A DNA stretch of 35,746 nt from Bacteroidales bacterium (lineage in GTDB: Bacteria; Bacteroidota; Bacteroidia; Bacteroidales; CAIWKO01): contig DAOORA010000006.1 of the NCBI GenBank assembly GCA_035389045.1, positions 62,001 through 97,746 of the forward strand, given 5' to 3'. How positions within the stretch are numbered: the stretch's first letter is position 1; each line of letters starts with the position of its first letter. Shown here piece by piece: positions 9,452 to 20,700 of this stretch. The notes beneath the pieces were generated by a model. The model saw only the letters and a list, made by a program, of their open reading frames with translations, was not told the DNA's origin and did not search any database. The position numbers were made by a program, and so were the translations under genes.

Positions 9452-10405
9452 TTATTGCATTGAAGTAAACTGGAAATGCGAACTTATAGATTCACAATTG
9501 ATTACGCTTTTGATCACATCGGCAAAGAGGTTTGCTGTTGATAATACCTTTATCTTGGGATTTTGTTTACATTCTTCATTCAGTGGAATTGTGTCGGTAA
9601 CGATCAGTTCCGTGAGTGCAGATTCTCTGATTTTTTTACAGGCATTGTCCGACAGAACGGGGTGCGTACACATGGCTCTTACGCTGGCAGCGCCCTGTTC
9701 CATAATCAGGTCGGCAGCTTTTGCGATAGTGCCTGCCGTGTCGATGATATCGTCAACCAAAACTACATTTTTACCTTTAACGTCGCCGATAACCACCATG
9801 TTTCCCACCTGATTGGGTTTCGACCGTTGTTTAAAACAGATCACCAGTTCCGCATCGAGAAATTTGGCATAGGTTCCGGCCCTTCTTGTACCCCCGGTAT
9901 CGGGTGAGGACATGGTTAGGTTAGAAAGATTAAGGCTTTTAAGGAAAGGCACAAATATAGATGAGGCGTACAGGTGGTCTACGGGAATATCAAAATATCC
10001 CTGAAGCTGGTCGGCATGGAGATCCATGGTAATCAGGCGGTTGATGCCTGATGCCACCAGCAGGTTGGCTATCAGCTTAGATGTTATAGGCACGCGGGGT
10101 TTGTCTTTCCTGTCCTGGCGGGCAAAACCGAAATACGGGATAACGGCTATGATATGCTTTGCCGAAGCACGTTTGGCCGCATCTATCATCATAAAAAGTT
10201 CGAGCAGGTTTTCTGCCGGGGGAAAAGTAGACTGTATAATAAAAACCTCATCGCCTCTGATCGTTTCATCAAAAGACGGGCGGAATTCACCGTCGCTGAA
10301 GCAGGCATAAGAAACATCACCGAGTTTTTTTCCATAGCTTAAGGCTATCTTTTCCGAAAGATAGCGTGTTGCCCTTCCCGAAAATATAGATATTCCCTGT
10401 GCCAT
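9452..10405 (-). CDS. prs: Ribose-phosphate pyrophosphokinase
   Basis: FSDGE, PYFGFARQDRK, DLHADQ, SPDTGG, LVDDIIDTAGT. Confidence 0.98.
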   Translation of the reverse strand: MAQGISIFSGRATRYLSEKIALSYGKKLGDVSYACFSDGEFRPSFDETIRGDEVFIIQSTFPPAENLLELFMMIDAAKRASAKHIIAVIPYFGFARQDRKDKPRVPITSKLIANLLVASGINRLITMDLHADQLQGYFDIPVDHLYASSIFVPFLKSLNLSNLTMSSPDTGGTRRAGTYAKFLDAELVICFKQRSKPNQVGNMVVIGDVKGKNVVLVDDIIDTAGTIAKAADLIMEQGAASVRAMCTHPVLSDNACKKIRESALTELIVTDTIPLNEECKQNPKIKVLSTANLFADVIKSVINCESISSHFQFTSMQ

Positions 10406-10425
10406 ACTTTTTTATTTGATGGCCG

Positions 10426-10433
10426 CAAAATTA
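10426..10433 (-). promoter_or_regulatory. -7 promoter box for prs-rplY-pth
   Basis: TAATTTTG on the minus strand, 20 nt upstream of the prs ATG. Confidence 0.7.
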
Positions 10434-10474
10434 GGAATTTTTAGATTATAAAACCAGATAATTGAATAAATAAT

Positions 10475-10505
10475 AAAAAAGGTCGCTCTGATTCCAAAGC
10501 AGCCC
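10475..10505 (-). terminator. Probable terminator downstream of ferritin
   Basis: Minus strand GGCTGCTTTG-GAAT-CAGAGCGACC imperfect stem followed by TTTTTT. Confidence 0.55.
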
Positions 10506-10528
10506 TGACAGGACAACAAATTAATGGG

Positions 10529-11044
10529 TTAAACTGCTTGTGTCAACGGATCAACGAAAACGCGTGTTTTTAACTCACGGTCGAGGAGCAACAGTCCCTG
10601 TCCTTTGCCCTCAACGAGTTTAAGCTGTTCGAGGATAGCAGAAGCATTGGCTTCTTCTTCCACCTGCTCGGCAACAAACCATTGCAGTTTATTATTCGTG
10701 GCATGGTCCTTTTCCTGAATTGCAAGATTCACCAGGTTGTTGATCAGTGCCGTAATTTTCTGTTCGTGTTTTAATACTTCTTCAAAGACTTTGATCGGAT
10801 TTTTCCAGTCAAAGGCCGGTTTTTCAATGGCCTGCAGTTCGACAGCGCCACCACGTTCATTGATATAATTAAAAAAAATCATTCCATGAGCATTCTCTTC
10901 CTTTTCCTGAACTCTCATCCAATTTGCAAAACCCGTTAAATTCATACGTTCGAAGTATGCGGCCATGGATAAATATAAGTATGAAGAAAACATTTCAGCG
11001 TTGATCTGATCGTTCAGCGCTTTTTCCATTTTTTTTGATAACAT
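10529..11044 (-). CDS. ftnA: Non-heme ferritin
   Basis: ALNDQINAEMFSSYLYLSM, EENAH, LQWFVAEQVEEE ferroxidase motifs. Confidence 0.95.
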   Translation of the reverse strand: MLSKKMEKALNDQINAEMFSSYLYLSMAAYFERMNLTGFANWMRVQEKEENAHGMIFFNYINERGGAVELQAIEKPAFDWKNPIKVFEEVLKHEQKITALINNLVNLAIQEKDHATNNKLQWFVAEQVEEEANASAILEQLKLVEGKGQGLLLLDRELKTRVFVDPLTQAV

Positions 11045-11070
11045 TTGTGCTCCTTTCTTTAATTTTTTTA

Positions 11071-11078
11071 CAAAACTA
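11071..11078 (-). promoter_or_regulatory. -7 promoter box for ferritin
   Basis: TAGTTTTG on the minus strand upstream of ATG 11044. Confidence 0.6.
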
Positions 11079-11118
11079 CAAATTTAATTTTAACTAATCA
11101 GGTATTTGATTATTTGAT

Positions 11119-12003
11119 TTAACCTTTTAAGGCATTCACCCCGCTGACGATTTCGATGATCTCTTTGGTAATGGCTGCCTGACGGGCTTTATTGTAAGAC
11201 AGTTTGAGGGATTTGATCAACTCTTCGGCATTATCAGTAGCTTTTTGCATGGCCGACATGCGGGCTCCGTGTTCCGAAGCCCATGAATCAAGCAGCGCTT
11301 TATAAATTTGTATTTTCAATGATTTGGGAACCAGCTCCTTCAGAATAATTTCTTTATCCGGTTCAAACAAGTAATCAGCTTTACTTAAAGACACATCCTC
11401 ACCGTGGTGAATTTTCTCAACAGGGAGAAACTGCTCTGTTGTAAGTATTTGGGAAACAGCGTTTTTAAACTGATTGTAAATCAATTCTATCCTGTCGTAT
11501 GTGCCCTCTGTGTAATAGCTCATTAGTATGGACGCCAGTACACAGGTTTTTTCGTATGTAAGATTTTCGTATATACTGTCATGGTTTCCGATCACATTAT
11601 ATTTACGTTTTTTAAAGAAATCCGTTGCTGTCTTACCAATGCATAAAATATGCACATTTCCTTTTTCATTCAGTTCGGAATAATCGGATTCAATGCGTGC
11701 GACAGCCGATTTGATCACATTGCTGTTAAAGGCGCCGCAAAGCCCCCTGTTGGAGTTGATCACCACCAGAAGTACGTTTTGTATTTTTCTTTTTTTAAAG
11801 TAGGCAATATCTTCGGAAAGGTCGGCGCTGCCGCTTAATTCGGTAAGCAATCCGCTGAGCTTGCCTGCATAGGGCCGTAATTTCAGAATGGCCCCCTGTG
11901 CGCGTCTGAGTTTCGCGGCAGAAACCATTTTCATAGCGCTGGTTATCTGCTTTGTATTGTTAACAGACGCAATCCGGATTCTTACCTCTTTTAGTCCTGA
12001 CAT
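11119..12003 (-). CDS. atpG: ATP synthase F1 gamma subunit
   Basis: QITSAMKMVSAAK, RGLCGAFN, SEHGARMSAM, NKARQAAITKEIIEIVSG. Confidence 0.98.
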   Translation of the reverse strand: MSGLKEVRIRIASVNNTKQITSAMKMVSAAKLRRAQGAILKLRPYAGKLSGLLTELSGSADLSEDIAYFKKRKIQNVLLVVINSNRGLCGAFNSNVIKSAVARIESDYSELNEKGNVHILCIGKTATDFFKKRKYNVIGNHDSIYENLTYEKTCVLASILMSYYTEGTYDRIELIYNQFKNAVSQILTTEQFLPVEKIHHGEDVSLSKADYLFEPDKEIILKELVPKSLKIQIYKALLDSWASEHGARMSAMQKATDNAEELIKSLKLSYNKARQAAITKEIIEIVSGVNALKG

Positions 12004-12031
12004 GAATTATTCTGAATTACGGTCAAAAAAA

Positions 12032-13615
12032 TCAAACTTCATATTTTCTGATTAGATCTTTAGCTGCATCTTCCATTTCTTTGGTCATTTCGTCTGTCAG
12101 CAGGCCTTTGCCAAGATTTTCGAGTAGTTCCCCATGATAAATATCCAGATGATGCAGAAATTCATCCTGAAAATTAATGATACTTTTCACAGGGACTTTT
12201 TGCAACAAACCTTTGGTTCCGCAAAAGATAATTGCGATCTGATGTTCGACTTTCATCGGGGAATACTGAGGCTGTTTCAGTATCTCGACATTCCTGGCGC
12301 CTTTGTCAAGCACCGCCTTGGTAGCAGCATCAAGATCGGAACCGAATTTCAGAAATGATTCCAGTTCACGGTATTGAGCCTGGTCGAGTTTCAGTGTTCC
12401 CGCGATTTTTTTCATCGGTTTAATCTGCGCACTGCCACCTACACGTGACACCGATATCCCCACATTGATGGCCGGCCTGATCCCTGAATTGAAAAGATTG
12501 GTTTCAAGGAATATCTGGCCGTCTGTGATCGAAATAACATTGGTAGGGATGTATGCCGAAACATCGCCTGCCTGTGTCTCGATGATCGGCAAGGCTGTAA
12601 GCGAGCCTCCTCCTTTTGCCATATGTTTGATGGATTCCGGCAGATCATTCATTTTCTGTGCAATTTTATCCGATGTGATCACCCTGGCTGCCCGTTCGAG
12701 CAGGCGTGAATGCAGGTAGAACACATCACCCGGATACGCTTCACGTCCCGGCGGACGGCGAAGCAACAACGACACTTCGCGGTATGCCACGGCCTGTTTG
12801 GAGAGGTCGTCGTACACCACCAGTGCCGGACGCCCTGTATCCCTGAAAAACTCTCCTATGGCAGCACCGGCATAAGGCGCATAAAACTGCATAGCCGCAG
12901 GATCAGAAGCCGTAGCCGAGACCACGACCGTATAGGGCATGGCGCCTTTTTCCTCGAGCGTTTTAACAATATTTGCCACCGAAGAACCTTTCTGCCCTAC
13001 GGCCACATAGATGCAATATACCGGCTCTCCTTTTTCATAGAACGTCTTCTGGTTGATGATGGTATCAATGGCTATTGCTGTTTTTCCCGTCTGCCGGTCT
13101 CCGATGATGAGTTCGCGCTGCCCGCGTCCGATGGGAATCATGGCGTCGATAGCTTTGATACCTGTTTGAAGCGGTTGATTGACAGGCTGTCTGAAGATTA
13201 CGCCCGGCGCTTTGCGTTCGATAGGCATTTCATAGACAGTGCCTTCTATCGGGCCTTTACCATCGATAGGCTGTCCTATGGTATTGATAACCCTGCCGCA
13301 CATGCCTTCACCAACATTGATAGACGCGATGCGAAGCGTACGTTTTACAATATCTCCTTCGATGATGTTTTCTGATTCGCCCAATAAAACAACGCCCACA
13401 TTGTCTTCCTCCAGATTGAGCACGACACCCATCACCCCTGTTTTTTCAAATTCTACCAATTCGCCCGAACCTACTTTTGTAAGGCCATATACCCTGGCAA
13501 TGCCATCGCCTACCTGAAGTACGGTACCTATTTCCTCAAGTTCGGATTCATATTTGAACCCGGCGAGTTGCTGGCGTAAAATTGCAGTTACTTCTGCTGG
13601 TTTTATTTCTGACAT
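12032..13615 (-). CDS. atpA: ATP synthase F1 alpha subunit
   Basis: GDRQTGKT P-loop, [23 protein letters not shown]. Confidence 0.99.
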   Translation of the reverse strand: MSEIKPAEVTAILRQQLAGFKYESELEEIGTVLQVGDGIARVYGLTKVGSGELVEFEKTGVMGVVLNLEEDNVGVVLLGESENIIEGDIVKRTLRIASINVGEGMCGRVINTIGQPIDGKGPIEGTVYEMPIERKAPGVIFRQPVNQPLQTGIKAIDAMIPIGRGQRELIIGDRQTGKTAIAIDTIINQKTFYEKGEPVYCIYVAVGQKGSSVANIVKTLEEKGAMPYTVVVSATASDPAAMQFYAPYAGAAIGEFFRDTGRPALVVYDDLSKQAVAYREVSLLLRRPPGREAYPGDVFYLHSRLLERAARVITSDKIAQKMNDLPESIKHMAKGGGSLTALPIIETQAGDVSAYIPTNVISITDGQIFLETNLFNSGIRPAINVGISVSRVGGSAQIKPMKKIAGTLKLDQAQYRELESFLKFGSDLDAATKAVLDKGARNVEILKQPQYSPMKVEHQIAIIFCGTKGLLQKVPVKSIINFQDEFLHHLDIYHGELLENLGKGLLTDEMTKEMEDAAKDLIRKYEV

Positions 13616-13627
13616 TCAAATCTGTTA

Positions 13628-14185
13628 TTAAATTTTCGGTACGTAAATATTTACATTGTATTCTTTCTTCAGCCGGTTGATATTTCTCCGGATCGTGGCA
13701 TCATATTGCAGATCCCCGATCCTGAAAGCAAATCCGCCGATAAGGTCATCATTTACTTCTTCGATCAGATCTATCTTCGAAGAAAACACTTGGCTCAGTA
13801 TATCTTTCAGTTGCTGAACATTTTGTTTGCTGGCCGGAGATGCCGTTTTAAAATATACTGTTTTAATATTTAAATGCTCTTTATATAATCGGGTGAACTC
13901 ATCAGCAATTTCCCTGACGATCATCTCTCTTCGTTTTTTTACAAGAATTTCAAGAAACCGGAAAGAAAGTTCGTTAAGTTTTCCGGCAAACACCGTTCTG
14001 AACACGGATAATTTCTTTAAATTATTTATCACCGGGTTGTTGAGAAAATGAACCAGATCTTTGCTGTTTGCACAGACATCTTCAATAAGGATCATGTCCT
14101 TATAAATAGCCTCCGCCATATTCTTTTCGAGAGCAAATGTAAAAAACGCCCTTGCATAGCGGTTTGCAATTCTTTCAGTTTTCAT
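13628..14185 (-). CDS. atpH: ATP synthase F1 delta subunit
   Basis: IANRYARA, LIGGF...YDATI; operon position. Confidence 0.96.
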   Translation of the reverse strand: MKTERIANRYARAFFTFALEKNMAEAIYKDMILIEDVCANSKDLVHFLNNPVINNLKKLSVFRTVFAGKLNELSFRFLEILVKKRREMIVREIADEFTRLYKEHLNIKTVYFKTASPASKQNVQQLKDILSQVFSSKIDLIEEVNDDLIGGFAFRIGDLQYDATIRRNINRLKKEYNVNIYVPKI

Positions 14186-14200
14186 CCGTATTACAACCTA

Positions 14201-14695
14201 TTAATTGAAATTGATATCGCTCAGAAATTTTTCTATCAGTTTGTTCTGCCGGTCATCTTTGGCAAGCTCCCCTTGTATGAGTTTTTCAGCAATATCCACC
14301 GATAACAGTGCGATCTGATTTTTCAGGTCGGTCAGGGCTTCCAGCTTTTCGTATTTGATGCTTTCTTTTGCAGATTCAACGATCCGGTCGGCTTCTTCGG
14401 TGGCTTTCATGCGTGCGTCTTCAATAAGTTTTTCCCTTATGATCCGTGCTTCACGAAGAATGTTATCTCTCTCATTTTTTGCTTCCCTGAGCAATTCTTC
14501 ATTGCTGAATTTGAGTTGTTTCATTTCTTCATGAGCTTTTTCAGCCTGTTTCAATGAATCTTCAATTTTGTTTTCACGTTCTTTGAGCATTTTTAAGACC
14601 GGCTTCCACGCATATTTACCAAGGATCAGCAACAGCAGGAGAAACGAAAGTGTCATCCAGAAAATAAGACCGATACCGGGAGTTACTAATTCCAT
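14201..14695 (-). CDS. atpF: ATP synthase F0 subunit b
   Basis: N-terminal transmembrane helix, KYAWKPVL...ERE coiled coil. Confidence 0.97.
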   Translation of the reverse strand: MELVTPGIGLIFWMTLSFLLLLLILGKYAWKPVLKMLKERENKIEDSLKQAEKAHEEMKQLKFSNEELLREAKNERDNILREARIIREKLIEDARMKATEEADRIVESAKESIKYEKLEALTDLKNQIALLSVDIAEKLIQGELAKDDRQNKLIEKFLSDINFN

Positions 14696-14775
14696 ATTAT
14701 ATAACGTTTTAAGTTAATTTCACAAAGCAGAATTTCTCCTGGAAAGAACAGGAGTCTTTGCCACAGGTATACCTT

Positions 14776-16177
<1,402 letters not shown>

Positions 16178-16194
16178 GGTGTTTGTAACCGGGG

Positions 16195-16202
16195 CAAATA
16201 TA
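16195..16202 (-). promoter_or_regulatory. -7 promoter box for atpBEFHAG
   Basis: TATATTTG on the minus strand, 17 nt upstream of ATG 16177. Confidence 0.7.
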
Positions 16203-16312
16203 AACATTTTATAAAACAAGTAAACTAATAATTTTTTAAATAGCAATTTCTTTTTTTGAGGTGCTGGCATATAAAATCCGAACAGATTCTTGTGACACCA
16301 TTACATTTCTGT

Positions 16313-16520
16313 ATTACTTTTTTGCGTGTCCAAAAAAGTAATCAAAAAAGGACATCCTGGCGAATGCTTCAGCCCGCTCTCAGAAAACATTGAAAATCTA
16401 TGCAAAGTAGTCCTGACGCAGCATAGCTGGTCAGGAAACCCCGCCTGTGGCGGGGCCTTTGCAGATTTTCAAATGTTTTCTGATTCACGCCACCGCCGGC
16501 TCGCACGCCAGGAAATGCCC
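16313..16520. repeat. Multi-branched palindromic intergenic element (structured repeat or candidate ncRNA)
   Basis: Nested inverted repeats: 16313-16324/16331-16342 (12 bp perfect), 16355-16362/16506-16513, 16380-16407/16457-16483, 16411-16417/16430-16436, 16439-16445/16449-16455. Confidence 0.75.
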
Positions 16521-16910
16521 ACGCGCCAAATTCAGCTAAAGCCTAACATTAATAATGCATGGCGTTAGCCATACACAGCAGAAATGCGAGGTTACCGATA
16601 TATCTTGAAAATCAATTCATAAGTCCTTCCCCGGAACAATTGAATAATTGTAAATAATGCTAATCAAGGGTTAAAAATATTTTTGTTTTATTGTGGAACC
16701 CCGCCAGACTGACGCAGACGGGCAGGCTAGTGGCAATATAGGAAATTATTATAATTCTCAACACTTGATTCGCATAAATAATAATAACAAATCACTTTGC
16801 TTATAAAAGAATTGCACATCATTTTGATTTTGCACTGAAAAGAAACACCTCAAAAAAAGATTTAGCCTTATTAATAATTGGCAAGCAGTAATTCTCTTGA
16901 AAAAGAGCAG

Positions 16911-17294
16911 TTATGTCTTTCGCGGAAGCGTTTGCAGAAGGATGATCACATCAAAAACCAGGTACAACAGAAAAAGCGACAGGAAACAGAACATAAACCT
17001 TACGGCATCGTCACGGTTTACCATTACATACGCAACCAGTACAATGATGTATGACATGAACTTCAGAAAAGTCACCAGCATGAAGGTCCTTATAAATTTA
17101 TTGGGATTGCCTTCCGGTAAAGAGACCAGATACCCGTTTGAAATCAGGGAAACAGACAAGAAAAAAGGTACCAGGAACGGAAGCACGGGGGAAATGATGT
17201 TACTGCTCATTGAAAGCGTCATAATAATGGCAATAATTTCCAAAATAAGGAAAAACACGAAACTTTTAATCGATAACTTTTTCTTGGATGTCAT
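16911..17294 (-). CDS. Four-TM membrane protein, ATP synthase I-like
   Basis: 127 aa, four hydrophobic segments, FIRTFMLVTFLKF; upstream of atpB. Confidence 0.75.
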   Translation of the reverse strand: MTSKKKLSIKSFVFFLILEIIAIIMTLSMSSNIISPVLPFLVPFFLSVSLISNGYLVSLPEGNPNKFIRTFMLVTFLKFMSYIIVLVAYVMVNRDDAVRFMFCFLSLFLLYLVFDVIILLQTLPRKT

Positions 17295-17509
17295 CTGTTA
17301 CTTTTTTTTATAAAATCCTTAATGGCAACATAAATGGCTACTGCTACAGAAAGAAAAGAAAGTACGACCGTAAAAACCGGAAATTTCAATCCTGTCCATC
17401 TGTCGAGCAGATAACCACCTCCAATGCCCAATACGATGATTACCAGCATCTGAAGTGCGATACTGGAATAACGGGCGTAATCGTCAAGTGGCGCTTTGGG
17501 GTTTTTCAT
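17291..17509 (-). CDS. AtpZ/AtpI family protein
   Basis: YARYSSIALQML...GGYLLDRW...FPVFTVVLS, two transmembrane helices. Confidence 0.9.
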   Translation of the reverse strand: MKNPKAPLDDYARYSSIALQMLVIIVLGIGGGYLLDRWTGLKFPVFTVVLSFLSVAVAIYVAIKDFIKKSNR

Positions 17510-17888
17510 TAGCAGCCGGTGGGGCTCCCACGCTTGACTTGTAAGTGGAATCGGTCATTTTGCAGGTACCGGTGAATTTTGCGCCGGGTTCAACGGAGAG
17601 TTTGCCGGTGATGATGTCGCCCTGAATCTGTGCCGAGGCCTTCATGGCCAGTAGTTCCGTAACCATGATCTTTCCCTGAAGGTTTCCGGAAAAATCGGCA
17701 TTCTGGCAAACGATTTCCCCTTCGACATGCCCGGTATTTCCGATCACAACTTTGCCTTTGGCATTTATTGAACCTATCAGCGTGCCATCGATCCGCATAT
17801 CACCGCTGGCTTTTATATCTCCTTTTATGCTGGTACCGTTTCCAATAATATTAATGACCGGACTTTCCACTTCAATGTTTTTGGCCAT
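17484..17888 (-). CDS. Bactofilin (polymer-forming cytoskeletal protein)
   Basis: IIGNGTSIKGDI...MRIDG...GHVEGEI...LSVEPGAKFTGTCKM beta-helix repeats. Confidence 0.95.
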   Translation of the reverse strand: MAKNIEVESPVINIIGNGTSIKGDIKASGDMRIDGTLIGSINAKGKVVIGNTGHVEGEIVCQNADFSGNLQGKIMVTELLAMKASAQIQGDIITGKLSVEPGAKFTGTCKMTDSTYKSSVGAPPAANEKPQSAT

Positions 17889-17928
17889 AACATGTATTTT
17901 TTAACTTATAATTTTATGTTTACTTGAT

Positions 17929-20559
17929 TTATTTTTTATAATTTTCCCTGAAAAACGCCAGGTATTTGGCGACATTTTTATCTTTGTAAAACACCGGGTA
18001 ATTGGCCGCCGAGATAATAAAATGCTCATATCCTGATTGCTGCAGTTTTGCCGTTATATCCTTATTGTTTTCAATAGCCGTCAGATAATCAAGAGCGTCA
18101 TTCTGATTTTCAAAACGGCTTACGTTGAGAACTTCATGCTTATCGTCAAGAAACAACGTTTCAATAATATATTTTTTTGTAGAAAAATATTTCTTATTCA
18201 AATCAGAATAGGCATTTTTCACATCGTTAATGCTTATATTTTTTAAACCAAGCACAGCGATATAAAAATGAAATGCTGCCGGTTCATATTTATAAAGTGG
18301 CGTTTCGGCAGACTTAACACTGTCTTTTCCGGCAACTGATGTAATATCCCTAACCACGTTCTTTCTTTTCAATGCGTCCAGAATATCCTGTGCTTTTTTG
18401 GCAACATCGTTTCCGGAATATTTGCTCACTATATTGGTTAATGAACTTTCAAAAACTTCTTTTGACTGGGTTTTACCAATGGAAAGAGTTTTCAGCATAT
18501 CAAATTTGGGTAAAAGCACCTTGTCATACTGGGTTTTCAGAACGCTGTCGGAATTGCGAATCACAGCGGGATAATTACCGGCATTATAAGCAAGATAGGT
18601 TTCTTTATAAAACAGTGAAAGCCTGTTGTTGCGTTCTTCCAGCTTCTTATAATAATTAGGATCATTAATTATTTGTGCATAATCGCTCTGAGGATATTTA
18701 GTAGTTATCAGGTTTTTATAATAATCAGCCTTGGGAACATTTTCCTGGAATGTATATATCTGGAACAGGTTAAAATAAGCCGGAAGTATTTGTTTACACT
18801 GGGGAAACCGTTTTTCCAGTTTATCAAAAGCTTCAATGGATTTATCATAATCAAGCAGAGATTCTTTATATATATATCCAATATTAAACAACGCCTCACT
18901 GATCATGAGGTTGGACGAATCAAAATCTTTTTGGTTTTTGGGTAATTTTGAAAGGTAATAATTACGATCTTTCAGATTTACTTTTGCGGTATCTTTATTC
19001 ATGTCGCTGCTGTCGGTATTTTCAGTAATTTCCTGAAACTGCAGATCGGTGATTGTTTTGTTGCTCAGCCTCCACAGGTCTTCATATTTCCGGTCGCCCC
19101 ATTTACGTTTAAAATCGGTAAAGCCCAGGCTAAGTGTCGAAGGATTATAAAAGTACCAGGAACCGGAATTCTGAATGTTCATATTGTTGACGTCGTTTTG
19201 CTGGGCGAGTGCAATATTTTGCAGGCGATCGTTTTCTTCCTGCTGTTTGCGCTGTTCTTCTTTAATGATCTCACCAATAACTGCATCAATTTTGCTGTTG
19301 CGTTCTGCAACAGGGAGTTTGGCCAGCATTTGCAGGCTATCCTGCAGTTCAACAATATTAATATTTCTGACCAGATCGTTCAGTGTGTTTTTCTTATTTT
19401 CAATTAGTTTATAGTTCGGATAATCCTTAGGCAGGAACATAACACAACTGTCGTAATATACCTGGGCGTCTTTGTATTTGGGTTCCGCAAAATACAGATC
19501 GGCCAGTTTCAGATACGAAACCGATTTCTGATAATCATTAGAAACGCTATACTTTGCTGATTTTTTAAGATTTTCAATGGCTCCGGGCATATCATTTTCT
19601 TTCAGGGCGATTTCTGCCAAAGCGTAATAAATCTGGTCGAGATATTCTTTGTTTTTTTCATCTCGCAGCATTTTCCTCATCAGTTTTTTAATATCCTTAC
19701 TTTCGCCCATGGTCACATCATAGCTTTTGGCCAGGTTGATCTTGGCGGCAAATTCCATATCATAGACAGGATTCATACTGATCACCTTTTTAAAATAGTC
19801 GCTGGACTTTTGGGCGTTGCCTGTACGCTGAAATGTCTGAGCAAGAATGAAATACAATCTTGTACGTATGCGCTTTTGCTTATTCAGACGAACCGCCTGC
19901 TGCAGATAGTCCAGGGCTTCTTCATATTTTTCCTGTTTCAGTAACACATCGCTGTAAGCAAGCGGGTACATCTTTTCGGCCGGACGTGAACTTTTGTTTT
20001 TTTCAATCTTTTTTTCGATAGTCGACAACAGCGTCTCTGCATCTTCAGGCTTATCCTGTGCCGACATCACCCTTGCTTTCCAGATGATCGCCTCATATTT
20101 AACATCGCTGTCCTTGAAACGGGTAAGAATAAAATTGAAGGTCTGCATGGCCAGGTCATATTCCTGCTTGTAATAATATGCTTTGCCGATGAGCAGGTAG
20201 CCGTCGTCAATCCATCTTACATGCTCAACCCCTTTAATGAAAATAGAATGTCTTTGAACGACGACAGAGCCTTTTTCGAGTGCACGGTCCAAAAGATTGT
20301 AAACCGATTGCGCATCTGCTTTTGTTCCAAGTTCAAAAACAGGCAATATTTTGGCATAATTATCTTTATTTTTCTTTCCCAGCTCCACAACGCCCTCCTT
20401 TAAGGCTTCCTTGCCGTTAAAATAGGCATTGTAATGCGCGGTGAGGTTATGATATACTCTTCTTGTAAATGTGTTTTTCTTTGTTGAACATGAAAATGAA
20501 GCGATCATGAAACAACAAAAAAGTAATAACAGAGTTTTATTCAGTGATTTTGACTGCAC
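17929..20559 (-). CDS. porW: T9SS periplasmic TPR lipoprotein PorW/SprE
   Basis: Lipobox FSC-STKKNT, YHNLTAHYNAYFNG, multiple TPRs, WYFYNP...FKRKWGDRKYEDLWR. Confidence 0.88.
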   Translation of the reverse strand: MQSKSLNKTLLLLFCCFMIASFSCSTKKNTFTRRVYHNLTAHYNAYFNGKEALKEGVVELGKKNKDNYAKILPVFELGTKADAQSVYNLLDRALEKGSVVVQRHSIFIKGVEHVRWIDDGYLLIGKAYYYKQEYDLAMQTFNFILTRFKDSDVKYEAIIWKARVMSAQDKPEDAETLLSTIEKKIEKNKSSRPAEKMYPLAYSDVLLKQEKYEEALDYLQQAVRLNKQKRIRTRLYFILAQTFQRTGNAQKSSDYFKKVISMNPVYDMEFAAKINLAKSYDVTMGESKDIKKLMRKMLRDEKNKEYLDQIYYALAEIALKENDMPGAIENLKKSAKYSVSNDYQKSVSYLKLADLYFAEPKYKDAQVYYDSCVMFLPKDYPNYKLIENKKNTLNDLVRNINIVELQDSLQMLAKLPVAERNSKIDAVIGEIIKEEQRKQQEENDRLQNIALAQQNDVNNMNIQNSGSWYFYNPSTLSLGFTDFKRKWGDRKYEDLWRLSNKTITDLQFQEITENTDSSDMNKDTAKVNLKDRNYYLSKLPKNQKDFDSSNLMISEALFNIGYIYKESLLDYDKSIEAFDKLEKRFPQCKQILPAYFNLFQIYTFQENVPKADYYKNLITTKYPQSDYAQIINDPNYYKKLEERNNRLSLFYKETYLAYNAGNYPAVIRNSDSVLKTQYDKVLLPKFDMLKTLSIGKTQSKEVFESSLTNIVSKYSGNDVAKKAQDILDALKRKNVVRDITSVAGKDSVKSAETPLYKYEPAAFHFYIAVLGLKNISINDVKNAYSDLNKKYFSTKKYIIETLFLDDKHEVLNVSRFENQNDALDYLTAIENNKDITAKLQQSGYEHFIISAANYPVFYKDKNVAKYLAFFRENYKK

Positions 20560-20594
20560 GTTTAAAGGTTTAAAACAAAATAACTTATTTTTTA

Positions 20595-20663
20595 CAAAAT
20601 TATTTTATTTTTTTTATTATCACTTCATTTTTTACAGTTTATTTAACCCGGCGGTCAAAAGTA
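20595..20663 (-). promoter_or_regulatory. Two candidate -7 promoter boxes for porW
   Basis: TAATTTTG (20595-20602) and TACTTTTG (20656-20663) on the minus strand. Confidence 0.5.
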
Positions 20664-20700
20664 TAACAATAAATTATGATATTTGTACCCTCATTTAAAT

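Noticed and set aside
16326..16568. 80-aa plus-strand ORF
   Set aside because: Lies over the palindromic element and has no recognisable protein features.
16541..16570. GCCTAAC...GTTAGCC attC-like pair
   Set aside because: Only 30 bp, too short for an attC site and without internal L boxes.
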